From NCBI GenBank assembly GCA_038889075.1, contig JAWAHS010000007.1:11387-75386 (forward strand): a stretch of DNA of 64,000 nt, given 5' to 3'. The notes beneath the pieces are model-generated. The model searched no databases. It was given only the letters and a program-made list of their open reading frames with translations, and was not told where the DNA came from. The translations under genes were made by a program, and so were the position numbers. The stretch is from Ignisphaera sp. (GTDB lineage: Archaea > Thermoproteota > Thermoprotei_A > Sulfolobales > Ignisphaeraceae). This document shows positions 30,530-41,405 of this stretch, piece by piece; positions within the stretch are counted from its first letter, which is position 1, and each line of letters starts with the position of its first letter.

Positions 30530-31516
30530 CTATAGTTTGGCTGGTTTGTACTCCCTAAGATGCACTATATCTCCAGCTACTACCCTCTTCACCTCTCCAC
30601 TTCCAACTCTTATGAGAAGTGCCCCATCTTCATCCAGACCCACTGCTACACCCTCTATCTCCTCATCGGGTGTCAATGCCCTTACCCTCCTACCTATTGT
30701 TGAACTGTATAGAGTCCACTCACCCAATATATCCGCTAGACTACCCTCTGTGATCCTCCTATATGCAGAGTCTATCTCTCTAATTATACTCTTTAGTAGT
30801 GGTGCCCTTGGTACCTCCACCCCTACAACACTCTTTAGTGCTATAGCGCTATCCTGTAGCTCTGGTGGAAGACTGTTATTTACATTAACCCCAATGCCGA
30901 GCATTATATGGTGTACCCTATCTGCCTCAGCTCTAGCCTCTATCAGAATTCCACACACCTTCTTTTCACCAATCAGGACATCGTTTGGCCACTTAACCCT
31001 TGCATCTATATTGAGGAGACCTCTAATTGATTTAGCGACGGCGACGCCACTTGCTAGTGAGAATAGCTGAAGTGATTTTATGGAGGGGGGTCTGAGTAGA
31101 ACTGTAAGCCATAGACCGCCCTCATCTGCTTCCCATCTCCTCCCAAGCCTGCCCCTGCCCCTGGAGAGCCTCTCACACACAACAGTAGTGCCCTCTGGTG
31201 CTCCCTCTCTAGCCAGTGCATCCACCACATCCTGGGTCGAACTACACTCCCTCATATACTCAACCCTGTAGGTGGTAAACCCCCTATATATCTCCCTACC
31301 ACCAACCCTCTCCAAGTCGTTGTGGACAACAATTCTATAGCCTAGCCTTGGGTGGCTCTCTACAACAAACCCCATATCCTCGAGTTCCCTAATCAACCTA
31401 TTTACAGTAGCCCTAGAGACACCGAGTAGCTGAGCTATCTTTGAACCACTAACAAAACCCTCAGACGACATCAGTATCCTAACCAGCTCTACTCTAAATC
31501 CACCAGCCATACACAT
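30530..31516 (-). CDS. birA: Bifunctional biotin-protein ligase/repressor
   Basis: N-terminal HTH, SSTQD, GRGRLGRRW, KWPND, KVCGIL and a C-terminal SH3-like domain. Confidence 0.95.
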   Translation of the reverse strand: MCMAGGFRVELVRILMSSEGFVSGSKIAQLLGVSRATVNRLIRELEDMGFVVESHPRLGYRIVVHNDLERVGGREIYRGFTTYRVEYMRECSSTQDVVDALAREGAPEGTTVVCERLSRGRGRLGRRWEADEGGLWLTVLLRPPSIKSLQLFSLASGVAVAKSIRGLLNIDARVKWPNDVLIGEKKVCGILIEARAEADRVHHIMLGIGVNVNNSLPPELQDSAIALKSVVGVEVPRAPLLKSIIREIDSAYRRITEGSLADILGEWTLYSSTIGRRVRALTPDEEIEGVAVGLDEDGALLIRVGSGEVKRVVAGDIVHLREYKPAKL

Positions 31517-31651
31517 CCAATATAGTGTAGCCTAATCTACACCTAAATACTTTGAGGTCTACAGATATGTTGAAGGTGGTACCTCTTCTCCAGCAACACC
31601 TATACCATCTATAGAAATATTTATTAAATTCTGTGGACAGCAGCTATCTGG

Positions 31652-32557
31652 GTGCCCCCTGTGGCAAAGATAAGATTTGGGTTAAATCTTAGTTGGGCTG
31701 TTAAGAGGTGGCCTATGCCTGAAGACTGGAGTGAAATCGTGGCAAGACTTGATGTAAAGTATGTGCAGTTTTCATTTGATCTCCTCGACCCTAGAGCCCT
31801 AAGCCATGTAGTCGAGCATATGGCTGGGCTTCTAGTTGATGCCGTAAGAAAGTATGGAATAACAGTACACTCGACCTTTACAGGCCTAGGGGCATACTCA
31901 TTTAACATGCTTTCACATCCAGATCCCCTAATGAGGCAGGACGCCCTCGACTGGTATATGCATGCAGTAGACTTTACATCTAAGATAGGGGTAAGAGCAA
32001 CAGGTGGACATATAGCAGCTAAGAGTGTGAGAGACTTTACCAATCCCCAGAGGAGAGAGTATCTAGATGCTGTGCTTATAGACTATATAAGGGCTCTGAG
32101 GAGGTATGCACAGTATAAAGGGCTTGAGATGATTCTATGGGAGCCCATGCCGGTTGCGAGAGAGCCTCCGTGGACAATGGACGAGACTAAGGCAGTCCTC
32201 TCAAAGGCAAACGTTGGTGGAGGTGCTCAAGTAAAACTCAATATAGACGTGGGTCACCAGTGTACATTGAAGGGAACCGATGCAGATCCCTATGAGTGGC
32301 TAAGGAGATTCGCACCCGAGTCTCCCTCTATACATATCCAGCAGACGGATGGTAAGGGCGATAGACACTGGCCATTTACAGAAGAATACAATAGGATAGG
32401 GATAATACAGCCTGAAAAGCTTATTGAAGCAATAGATGCCTCCGGTGCTAGAGAAGTATATCTTCTACTAGAGTACATACCTCCATTTGAGGCACCGGAT
32501 GATGAGGTACTAAGAAATCTAGAGGTATCAGTAAGATATCTACAGCAGTACTTTTAA
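31652..32557 (+). CDS. Sugar-phosphate isomerase/epimerase (xylose isomerase-like TIM barrel)
   Basis: Metal ligands in WEPM, DVGH, HIQQTDG..DRHWP and LLE. Confidence 0.85.
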   Translation: MPPVAKIRFGLNLSWAVKRWPMPEDWSEIVARLDVKYVQFSFDLLDPRALSHVVEHMAGLLVDAVRKYGITVHSTFTGLGAYSFNMLSHPDPLMRQDALDWYMHAVDFTSKIGVRATGGHIAAKSVRDFTNPQRREYLDAVLIDYIRALRRYAQYKGLEMILWEPMPVAREPPWTMDETKAVLSKANVGGGAQVKLNIDVGHQCTLKGTDADPYEWLRRFAPESPSIHIQQTDGKGDRHWPFTEEYNRIGIIQPEKLIEAIDASGAREVYLLLEYIPPFEAPDDEVLRNLEVSVRYLQQYF

Positions 32558-32626
32558 ATAAAAATAAAAATAGCTGGAAAGACCCAACCTTTTACTTTTT
32601 AACATAATATTTTGTGTAGGCTATGT

Positions 32627-34138
32627 TTAGCTGAAGTGTTTCGCCATTTCCTCATTTCCAGGCATCTTCAGTATAGCATCTATAGTATCCTCAACCTGTT
32701 TGGTGCTCTTTGTTCTAACATCGACAATTAGCCAGTTGAATAGCGTATCCCTACCACCCTTTAGGTTCGCCTCCAGTGCCCATTCCATCCTCATCAATCT
32801 TGGAAGGATGGCGTATCTATATACCTTGCTAGGTAGGCTACCCACCTGTTTTGCATGGATACCCTTTCCATCAACTCTAGCTGGGATTTCAACCACTACA
32901 TTGTTTGGTATCTCCGGTATCGCTCCACTGTTCACTATATTGATGTATATTGGTGCGTACAAGGGTTTTGGTCCTGGAACTGGAAGTGGATATCTATCGG
33001 TAGGTTTATCGTTATATATAGAGTCTATGAGTGTTGCAATCACTTCACCACTGGGTTTTGGAGGTATTGAGCTTGTAATAGGCTTTGATGTATCGTAGAC
33101 TATTCTAGCCATCTCATCAACATTTCTTCTAACAATCAGCACTCTGAATGCATATCCGATCTCCGAATCCGGTCCTCCATATGGACCGTACCAGTACTGT
33201 TTTGTTTTTAGATCCCAGTGGTACTTCCATGTACCACCCCTAACGCTATCGCCAATCGGTAGGTATCCGTATGTCTTATACATATCTATAGCGGCTGGAC
33301 ACAGATCCAGGTCCCATGGGTTTACGGTACTCTCTCTCCAGATCCTCCAATACTCCTCCGCATCCTCCTTAATCCACTCATCTAGGTATCTATAGGCGTT
33401 CTCCCCCCTGTACCTAAACTTGGTTAGCCATATAACGTGGTTAAGACCTGCCATCTCGAATTCCAGCTCATTGAAATCGATAAGCTTTATTATGCTTTCT
33501 ATGCATTCATATTGATGTGCTGCACATGCAGGTGTTATGCTCTTTTTGAGAACCTCCTTTGCAAGCCTCATAGCTAGAATCTCGATGGCTGCTCTAAATC
33601 CTAGAAATCCATGGCATATACCAGCAACCTTTACCTTAGTCTCCCGGCTGATCATTGTGGATAGTTCTAGCACTGGATTGGAGACTATAAAGAACCATGC
33701 ATTTGGTGCAAGCTCCTCAATATCTCTTGCAATACTTAGGTGTTCCTTGAACTGGTAGTAGCCCCATATTGTGTGGTAATCTCCAACATAATTCCATTCA
33801 ACACTATTGATACCATATCTATAGCCGTGCTCCTCAGAAATGCTCCTCATAGTTTCATAGTATGTGTATCCCTTTACAAGAACTGTTGAGATGATAAAGT
33901 CAGCATCCCTTATAGCCTCCCTTCTATCCTTAGTTGCATAGACTTTTGTTGGAAGCTTAAGCTCCTCGACATACCTCTTAGCAAAGGTTGCAATAATGTC
34001 GAGTCTACGGTCGTCAATATCCATAAGCCATATTTCAGAGTTCTGAAGATCCTTATTAGTAAATATATCAATCAATATCCTACTTGTCCATCTAGCACTA
34101 CCCGCACCTATGAAAGATACTTTCGGTCCTCTAGCCAT
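32627..34138 (-). CDS. Family 4 glycoside hydrolase (alpha-glucosidase/galactosidase/glucuronidase-like)
   Basis: IGAGS NAD-binding motif, SNP, GICHG and AGLNHVIW. Confidence 0.93.
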   Translation of the reverse strand: MARGPKVSFIGAGSARWTSRILIDIFTNKDLQNSEIWLMDIDDRRLDIIATFAKRYVEELKLPTKVYATKDRREAIRDADFIISTVLVKGYTYYETMRSISEEHGYRYGINSVEWNYVGDYHTIWGYYQFKEHLSIARDIEELAPNAWFFIVSNPVLELSTMISRETKVKVAGICHGFLGFRAAIEILAMRLAKEVLKKSITPACAAHQYECIESIIKLIDFNELEFEMAGLNHVIWLTKFRYRGENAYRYLDEWIKEDAEEYWRIWRESTVNPWDLDLCPAAIDMYKTYGYLPIGDSVRGGTWKYHWDLKTKQYWYGPYGGPDSEIGYAFRVLIVRRNVDEMARIVYDTSKPITSSIPPKPSGEVIATLIDSIYNDKPTDRYPLPVPGPKPLYAPIYINIVNSGAIPEIPNNVVVEIPARVDGKGIHAKQVGSLPSKVYRYAILPRLMRMEWALEANLKGGRDTLFNWLIVDVRTKSTKQVEDTIDAILKMPGNEEMAKHFS

Positions 34139-34534
34139 GCATCCAGCACCGATAAGCTTTCGAGTGAGCTACCTATATAAATCCTTATCTGTACACATGA
34201 TTTAGGTATCCCCTATGATTTATCAGGAATACTAAACAGTTGCATGTTATGCTAACGGGCTTCTTACCTACATAGGATTCGCTGGAAATTTAATTAATTA
34301 ACTAGAGCTAGGCAGCTAGATGCTATGAATTTCCCAGACGTTTTCTAAAGGTAAAGGTGTATTATTTACAGAAGCATTGCATATCCAATGAGATATCCAT
34401 ATTAGCAGGACTTTTTCCAGTGTAATACAATGAAATAGCATTCATATCAATTGGCCAACTCTATATATCTGCAATACGGTGTTCAGAGAAAAATGCCTAT
34501 CTCTACATCCCACTATAGCATCTATATTTCAAGT

Positions 34535-35281
34535 TTAGTACCTGTATATCGCTACTCCCTTGCTTTTTGCATAGGATTCCACCTCTCTACCTATCATCAC
34601 CCCAGTTACGATTGGCACCACTGGTTTTCCCACCCTCTGCTGGACTATGTCAGCTTTTACTAAGACCACACCGATATCCTCTATTGAGGGTTTTGTCTTT
34701 ACTTCAATAACGTAAGCAGCTCTATCTGTTTCTATGAATAGATCTACCTCTACACCATCGAAATCGGCATTCCTCTGCTTAGATACTATTTTCTCACCTC
34801 TAACCGAAATCTCCTCCCTGAGGTCTTCCAAAACATACCTACTATAAACTGTTTCTGAAAGAGCTCCCAACTCCATCTCTATACGGGAAAACCTTCTATT
34901 AGCCTCATCCCACCTCTTCTCTTCAAGTTTAACAAATTCTAGAAAGTCTTCTCTAAGTTTCTTCAACTCAAGCTCTATAGCCTCAAACCTCTTATAAGCC
35001 TCCTCCCATCTTCTATTGTTTTCTTCCCATCTCTTGTTGTTCTCCTCCCATCTTTTGAAGTTCTCCTCCCACTTTCTATCATTCTCCTCCCATCTTCTAT
35101 TGTTTTCTTCCCAACGCTTCTCCTGTTCTTTGATATATAGTAGGAAATCGCTTCTAAGATTCCTCAGTTCAGAAATTACTGTATCTAGGCCTAGAAGTCC
35201 GGCAACAGCATATCTAAACTCGGCATCCTCCTCCAAAGCTTTCAAAAACCTAACCTTCTCATCGCTACTAAGAGTAGCCAT
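34535..35281 (-). CDS. Coiled-coil plus PD-(D/E)XK nuclease-domain protein (DUF3782-like)
   Basis: EDAEFRYAVAGLLG, heptad repeats and EVDLFIE..IEVK. Probable start is ATG 35281. Confidence 0.85.
   Translation of the reverse strand: MATLSSDEKVRFLKALEEDAEFRYAVAGLLGLDTVISELRNLRSDFLLYIKEQEKRWEENNRRWEENDRKWEENFKRWEENNKRWEENNRRWEEAYKRFEAIELELKKLREDFLEFVKLEEKRWDEANRRFSRIEMELGALSETVYSRYVLEDLREEISVRGEKIVSKQRNADFDGVEVDLFIETDRAAYVIEVKTKPSIEDIGVVLVKADIVQQRVGKPVVPIVTGVMIGREVESYAKSKGVAIYRY
34994..35119 (-). repeat. Six tandem 21-bp repeats encoding (K/R)(R/K)WEE(N/A)x heptads
   Basis: KRWEENN RRWEEND RKWEENF KRWEENN KRWEENN RRWEEAY. Confidence 0.9.
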
Positions 35282-36213
35282 AGATATAGACCGTGAGAGT
35301 TTAGTGAAGAGAAGCTTATAAGCATTAAGTCTGTGCATACTTTTAGTGTACAGTATATTGAAGAAATTATTCTGTGTTTAGACCTCCTTCCAATTTTGAA
35401 GGTAGCGTTCCTTCCAAGAGTTCGCTAGTCCGGAGCTATATACCCCTGTCTCTGCCGGTTTTTAGACCTGTTTTCAATCCTAGACATATTTTTACTACTT
35501 CATGTAGTATGGAGCTCGAGGACCGGGTTTCGCATCTGCTATTGCATGTTCCTACTAGGTCTATACTAAATACTTTGTTTTGACTGTGGAATTTAGGAAT
35601 ACTCTGTATTTTTTCCTATGGCTACATATTTTGATGTCTTTCCCTACCTCTATACTCAAAACAGCTATACTATATCCCTCCACAACCTCTCTAATTTCCT
35701 ATTTAGCAGCTATCCGTATGTCCACATTCGAATAACCTTGAAATTAATAGAGTTTTCTCTATTCTGTAAAATGTACTTTAGGCAACCTACAACTACCTTC
35801 GAAACACTAAGCATGTGAAGATTGACGGTATAGACCTCAATGAAATGGAGCCTTGAAGTTTGTGAGGCTAAGGGTGTAAGAGCAGTTTGATACCGATGGA
35901 TAAATAACTGCAACGAAATCCAAATTCCTACTTTTTGCAATTTTAAGGTATATATACTTCCTTTTGTATCCAGTGAATGTAAACTCCTACACAAATGTAG
36001 TATACAAAGATAGAATAGGTGGTGGCTCTCACTACAGTGCTACTTCTTCTATAAGTAATAGTGTTGGTAGAGTTTTGTTTTGCTATATCATGCTTCGGTT
36101 TGCTGATGTATAAAGGAAATCACGGGAAGGTGATGAAGGGGTTTGCCAAAAAATATTTGGTTTTCTCCACCCTGTATATTCCATGGATTGATATCCAAGT
36201 TCGTGTCTCTACT

Positions 36214-38295
36214 CTATTTAACTGAAAGTATCTTTACATCGTGTGCTCTTAGTGGTAGCTCTATTTTACCTGGTTCTATCTTTTTATCCGTTAGTAGATC
36301 GGTAACCTCAGTTATATTTTTTAATTCGAATTTCGCCTTTCTATCCGTAGCTCCGTGGTTGATTATGAATATCAGTTTCCCTGTACCCATAACTCTAGCG
36401 TAGTACTCTATACTAGGATCGTAATCATCTTCATGGATTATAGGGGCTATGTTTTTGAATACTAGTATCTCTTTTACAAGGTTTGTGAGGACGTCCTGTG
36501 GTAGAACCGTGCCTATTGCTATCGTTTCACCTTTACCATATGTATTTAGTGTTACTATGGGTTCGTCCGATAGCCAGCTCCATTTTGTATAGGCAATGGG
36601 GTTTGCCGTTACTAGTTCGTATACCTCTAGCCATGAGCTTCCACGTACTGTCATACCATGCATTATTGGGCTCCACTCTGTGAATTTAACTAGTGCCTCT
36701 GAATCTGCTGGTAGACGTGTGTACTCTTTGATTTTTACCCCAGTGAGCTCCTGGATTTTAGTATCATCTATCCTAACCCTATTGTATTCGTCTTTTGTAA
36801 AAGCTCTTGGGGTAAGAAGTAGTACTCCACCTCTGTATACAAACTCCCTCAACCTATCTACGAGACCTCCATCTGCTAGGTATAGGAATGGTGCTACTAT
36901 TACACCGTAGCTTTCAAATGTTGAATTGGGTGGTATAACATCTACTTCAACTCTATTTAGCCAGAGTGCTTTGTATGCCTTGATTAGTTCGCCTACATAA
37001 CTGTGGCTATAGTAGCCCCTTTCAATAACATCTGCAGCCCAGAGTGAGTCATAGGATAGCAGTACTGCTGTCTTAGCCTCTACGGATGTTCCATCCACTG
37101 CTTTGCCAATCCTATACAGCTCGCTAAAGACCTTCTCTACCTCGTTGAATCTTCTACGCGGTATACCATCGTGATCTAGAATACCGTGCCAGAATTGCTC
37201 CTTCCCTATACAGTTTGTACGCCAATTCCAAAACAGAACCCCCTCTGCTCCATGTGCTACTGCTTGATATACCCATTTCCTAATCTCCCCTGGTTCTGGG
37301 GATACCCCAAGTTTAAATACACCTATACCTTCAGGTGATACATATCCGTAGCCATCTGTTGCACCTGCTTGAAGCTCCATAACTATAAACCTTCTATTTC
37401 TAGACATATTTCGCGTAGCATCATAGATTAGAGCAATGAATGCAGGATCGTAGGTATCTGCTCCAAACTTTGGATATACATCCGTTGAACATACATCCAA
37501 ATCTCTGCAGAGTTCATAGTAGTCTATCTCTGGATAAAGCCCCATTAGATTGGTTGTAACGAATTTATCTGGAGCTACCTCCTTTAGAATACTAGCTTGA
37601 AACCTTACATACTCCACCCAAGATAGCGATCTAAATCGAAGCCACTCAATTGTTAGAGATCTATTGTATAGATCGAATGGAGGTTTCGGAGGGGTAATTT
37701 CATCAAAATCGGTAAACCTATGACTCCATACAAGTGTACCCATAGCCTTATTCAGAGTATCTATATCTCCATATCTAGCCCTGAGATACTCCCTAAACCT
37801 AGCTATACAATAGGGACAGTAGCAGTATCTCCATGAACTCGCCTCACCCCAGTGAACCTCATTATCAATCTGGAAACCTATCACATTTCCATCGTCTCTA
37901 AATTCACTAGCAAGTCTACGTACAATCCTCTCCGTCAAAGTTCTATAGACAGGATTATTCGGACAGTACTCCCTCCTCACACCATACCGTGCAGGAACAC
38001 CATTAAAATCAACCGGCAGTACATCAGGATACTTCTTAACAAGCCACGGAGGTGGGGTAGCCGTAGGAGTACCCAATACAACCCTAATACCGTTTCTACC
38101 ATAGGAATCCACAAGCTCATGAAGCCACACAAAATCGTATCTACCCTCTATAGGTTCAAGTAAAGACCACGTAAATTCTGCAACTCTCACAACATTTAAT
38201 CCGATCCTCTTCATCAACTCCAGATCCTTAGCAAACACCTCAGAAGTCCACAGCTCAGGATAATGGGCAGCCCCAAGTAACAACACTCCCCTCAC
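36214..38295 (-). CDS. GH42 beta-galactosidase
   Basis: HYPELW, RVAEFTWSLLEP, TPTATPPPW, QIDNE, MELQAG and EQFWHGILDHDG. Confidence 0.95.
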   Translation of the reverse strand: MRGVLLLGAAHYPELWTSEVFAKDLELMKRIGLNVVRVAEFTWSLLEPIEGRYDFVWLHELVDSYGRNGIRVVLGTPTATPPPWLVKKYPDVLPVDFNGVPARYGVRREYCPNNPVYRTLTERIVRRLASEFRDDGNVIGFQIDNEVHWGEASSWRYCYCPYCIARFREYLRARYGDIDTLNKAMGTLVWSHRFTDFDEITPPKPPFDLYNRSLTIEWLRFRSLSWVEYVRFQASILKEVAPDKFVTTNLMGLYPEIDYYELCRDLDVCSTDVYPKFGADTYDPAFIALIYDATRNMSRNRRFIVMELQAGATDGYGYVSPEGIGVFKLGVSPEPGEIRKWVYQAVAHGAEGVLFWNWRTNCIGKEQFWHGILDHDGIPRRRFNEVEKVFSELYRIGKAVDGTSVEAKTAVLLSYDSLWAADVIERGYYSHSYVGELIKAYKALWLNRVEVDVIPPNSTFESYGVIVAPFLYLADGGLVDRLREFVYRGGVLLLTPRAFTKDEYNRVRIDDTKIQELTGVKIKEYTRLPADSEALVKFTEWSPIMHGMTVRGSSWLEVYELVTANPIAYTKWSWLSDEPIVTLNTYGKGETIAIGTVLPQDVLTNLVKEILVFKNIAPIIHEDDYDPSIEYYARVMGTGKLIFIINHGATDRKAKFELKNITEVTDLLTDKKIEPGKIELPLRAHDVKILSVK

Positions 38296-38538
38296 CTATA
38301 CATTGCTATACCATAAGACTCGGATCTTAAAAATTTTTACATAAATACAGAATTAGCAGATCCTGGGCAATTGAAATACAGGCTATATTGAGATTGAAAA
38401 ATGAAACTTATATGGCATCGTTAGTTAAACTCTTTATATACTGCCATTCTCTCTCATTTTAGGAGTTTAACTGGTATCTTTAAATTGTGTGGATCAATGG
38501 TAAGTAATGTATTAGAGGTCTGATTATTAGGTGAGATA

Positions 38539-39570
38539 GTGAATTCCTCGTTATTAAGGAACCCATTTTTGATATTTGCATTGAAAAGAGCAAGTGTAAT
38601 GGCACTAACGTTCTTTATTGTGCTGTTTCTAATATTTCTCTTGCCGAGAATGATACCCGGCAATCCCCTCTGGGTAATAATTGGTAATCTAATGCAGCAA
38701 GCTGTAACGGATCCAGAACAGCTTAAGGGTGTGGAGAAGATGCTTCTAGAATCGTTTGGATTTCACAAACCTCTTTACATCCAATTTATCGAATTTTTAG
38801 GCAATGTGTTTAAAGGTGATTTAGGAATGTCCGTACTATTCTACCCAACAAGAGTAACCACACTCATTGCGACATACCTTCCATGGACAATCGCGCTTGT
38901 GACCCCTGCTGTAGCACTAGCATGGTTTGTTGGAAACAACATTGGTGTTATGGCTGCTATGAATAGAAATAGGTTTATCGATAAGGTTCTGCTAACAGTA
39001 CTTGTAGTACTCCAAGGTACACCCTCGTATATCTTTGGAATGTATCTAATTATGCTACTTGCTGTATACCTTCCAGTATTCCCAACTGGTGGTAGCTACC
39101 CACCTGGGATGGTACCAAGACTCTCACCAGATTTTATACTAGCATATTTGAGGCACTATATACTACCCTTTATAGCAATATTCCTAACATCGCTTGGAGG
39201 ATGGGGATTGAGTATGAGAAGTATAGCTGTACAAGAGCTATCCTCAGACTACATGGATTATCTGAGAGTAATAGGGGTATCCCAGAGAAGGGTATCGAGA
39301 TACCTATTTAAGTGCTCAGCACTTCCGCAGATAGTGGGGCTAGCTATAGTTCTTGGATGGAGTGTTGCAGGCTCTGTCATAACTGAGATAGTTTTTAGCT
39401 ACCAAGGTATAGGCCTAATCCTCTGGAGAGGGGTACAGTCACTAGACTATCCATTAATTCAGGGGATATTTATAATAATCATTGGCACATTGCTACTAGC
39501 CAACTACATATCTGAACTTCTCTTTGCATACATAGATCCGAGAATCAGATATGCGTATGTTGGTAGATAG
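38539..39570 (+). CDS. ABC permease DppB/OppB-like (sugar importer 1)
   Basis: PGNP, GDLGMS, DYPLIQG and IDPRIR. Confidence 0.92.
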   Translation: MNSSLLRNPFLIFALKRASVMALTFFIVLFLIFLLPRMIPGNPLWVIIGNLMQQAVTDPEQLKGVEKMLLESFGFHKPLYIQFIEFLGNVFKGDLGMSVLFYPTRVTTLIATYLPWTIALVTPAVALAWFVGNNIGVMAAMNRNRFIDKVLLTVLVVLQGTPSYIFGMYLIMLLAVYLPVFPTGGSYPPGMVPRLSPDFILAYLRHYILPFIAIFLTSLGGWGLSMRSIAVQELSSDYMDYLRVIGVSQRRVSRYLFKCSALPQIVGLAIVLGWSVAGSVITEIVFSYQGIGLILWRGVQSLDYPLIQGIFIIIIGTLLLANYISELLFAYIDPRIRYAYVGR

Positions 39571-39573
39571 CAC

Positions 39574-40404
39574 ATGGTAGAATCCTTAATACTTAGAATT
39601 TTCAGAATTAAGAAAATGGCTATCGGGCTAGCCATATTTCTGGCAATAGTTATCATAGGAATTGTAGGGCCGTTAATCTACAACGTACCTCCTACAAAAA
39701 CCATAGGGAGAAGATATACACCCCCTGGGGATGCGCATCCCTTTGGAACCGATGCACTTGGAAGGGATGTACTGGCACAGATTCTATGGGGTATCAGAGG
39801 CTCACTTTACATTGGGGTAATAGCAGCTGGTATAGCACTATCCTTAGCGTTATTCCTAGGAACGATGGCTGCGGTTTTCGGTGGTCTAGTAGATAGAATA
39901 ATCATGACCGCTTCCGAAATAATGCTCCTCATACCGTCTATATTATTAATGATGCTATTAGCAGCCTATCTTCCTGAGAGAAGTCTATGGATTGTAGGAG
40001 TAGTTATAGGCGTTACTTCCTGGGCTGGATGGTGCCGAGGATTTAGATCACGTACACTAAGCATCCTTTCCTCAGACTTTATCAGTATGGCTACGCTATC
40101 CGGGGCCTCTAAGGTAAGTATAATACTGAGAGATATTGTACCCATTATAATACCCTATATATTAGCGGCATTTGCAATGCTTTTCTCTAACAGTATTATG
40201 GCTGAGGTAGGTTTAACACTAATAGGTGTTGGTATGACAAAGGATGTAACACTGGGTCTAATGCTATACATTGCACAACTCTATGCCAATATTAGCCAAG
40301 GTATTTGGTGGACCGTGATACCGCCCGCCATAATAATAACAATGATATTTCTATCACTCTATTCAATAGCAACTTCTATAGATGAGTTAGTGAGATCCTG
40401 GTGA
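39574..40404 (+). CDS. ABC permease DppC/OppC-like
   Basis: HPFGTDALGRDV and WWTVIPP. Confidence 0.92.
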   Translation: MVESLILRIFRIKKMAIGLAIFLAIVIIGIVGPLIYNVPPTKTIGRRYTPPGDAHPFGTDALGRDVLAQILWGIRGSLYIGVIAAGIALSLALFLGTMAAVFGGLVDRIIMTASEIMLLIPSILLMMLLAAYLPERSLWIVGVVIGVTSWAGWCRGFRSRTLSILSSDFISMATLSGASKVSIILRDIVPIIIPYILAAFAMLFSNSIMAEVGLTLIGVGMTKDVTLGLMLYIAQLYANISQGIWWTVIPPAIIITMIFLSLYSIATSIDELVRSW

Positions 40405-41390
40405 TACAAATGGATATTCTTGAGGTTAAGAACCTTAGAGCGTACTACTTTACAAGAGGAGGAATAGTAAAAGCTGTTGATGGAGTTGATCTATATATCG
40501 ATAGAAAGGTGATTATTGGTATTGTTGGTGAGAGTGGCTGTGGCAAGTCAACACTTGCAAGGGTGCTGTCTATGGATATAGAACCGCCACTGAAATTAGT
40601 AAGCGGTGATATAGCTATTGAAGGTATTAAAGTAAGCGATATGTCCCTTAGCGAAATTAAAAGGAAAATCGCTGGAATTAAAATAGCATTAGTGCCGCAA
40701 TCAGCTATGAACGCCTTGGTTCCCACGGTTAGAATAAAGGATTTTATAAGGGATGTAGTGAAGGAGAAGCTAAACTATTCTGTAAAGGAGATTCTAAAAT
40801 TAGCTAAAGAGAGGTTTGAAGAACTCAATCTCCCTCTGACAGCCCTAGACATGTATCCATTCGAACTCTCTGGCGGTATGAGACAGAGAGCATTGATTGC
40901 GATAGCCACACTACTCAATCCAACAATATTGATAGCAGACGAACCCACCTCGGCACTTGATGTCTCGACACAGAAGATGGTTCTAGAAACTCTATTTAAC
41001 ATCTATAAGAGAAACCTCGTAAAATCAATCCTATTCATCTCACATGATATTGCTACAGTCAGACAGATAGCTGAGATGATCACTGTCATGTACGCTGGAA
41101 AAATTGTTGAAATAGGTTCGACTGGACAATTAATAAATGAACCCCTCCATCCATACTCGAGGGGGTTACTATTCTCAATATTAACCCCTGAACCACAGAT
41201 AAGGGAACGTGTTGAAAAAGTTGAAACATTTATACTTAAAGGAGAACCGCCAAGTTTGATTAGTCCCCCTTCTGGCTGCAGATTCCATCCAAGATGCCCC
41301 TATGCAATGGATATCTGCAGGAGGAAGGAGCCGCCCTTAATAGAGGTTGAAAAACATCGTTTTGTTTCATGCTGGCTATATATGCAATAG
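40401..41390 (+). CDS. ABC ATPase DppD/OppD-like
   Basis: GESGCGKST, LSGGMRQR and the C-terminal CRFHPRCPYAMDIC. Confidence 0.94.
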   Translation: MIQMDILEVKNLRAYYFTRGGIVKAVDGVDLYIDRKVIIGIVGESGCGKSTLARVLSMDIEPPLKLVSGDIAIEGIKVSDMSLSEIKRKIAGIKIALVPQSAMNALVPTVRIKDFIRDVVKEKLNYSVKEILKLAKERFEELNLPLTALDMYPFELSGGMRQRALIAIATLLNPTILIADEPTSALDVSTQKMVLETLFNIYKRNLVKSILFISHDIATVRQIAEMITVMYAGKIVEIGSTGQLINEPLHPYSRGLLFSILTPEPQIRERVEKVETFILKGEPPSLISPPSGCRFHPRCPYAMDICRRKEPPLIEVEKHRFVSCWLYMQ

Positions 41391-41405
41391 AGAGGTTGAT
41401 AATGG

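Noticed and set aside
30495-31070. Long antisense ORFs such as 30495..31070 and 49822..50415
   Set aside because: They overlap well-supported genes on the opposite strand and carry no motifs.
35016-35321. ORF with FSSHLL repeats; the 21-bp repeats could look like a mini-CRISPR
   Set aside because: It is the antisense of the coiled-coil heptads, and the repeats are contiguous with no spacers.
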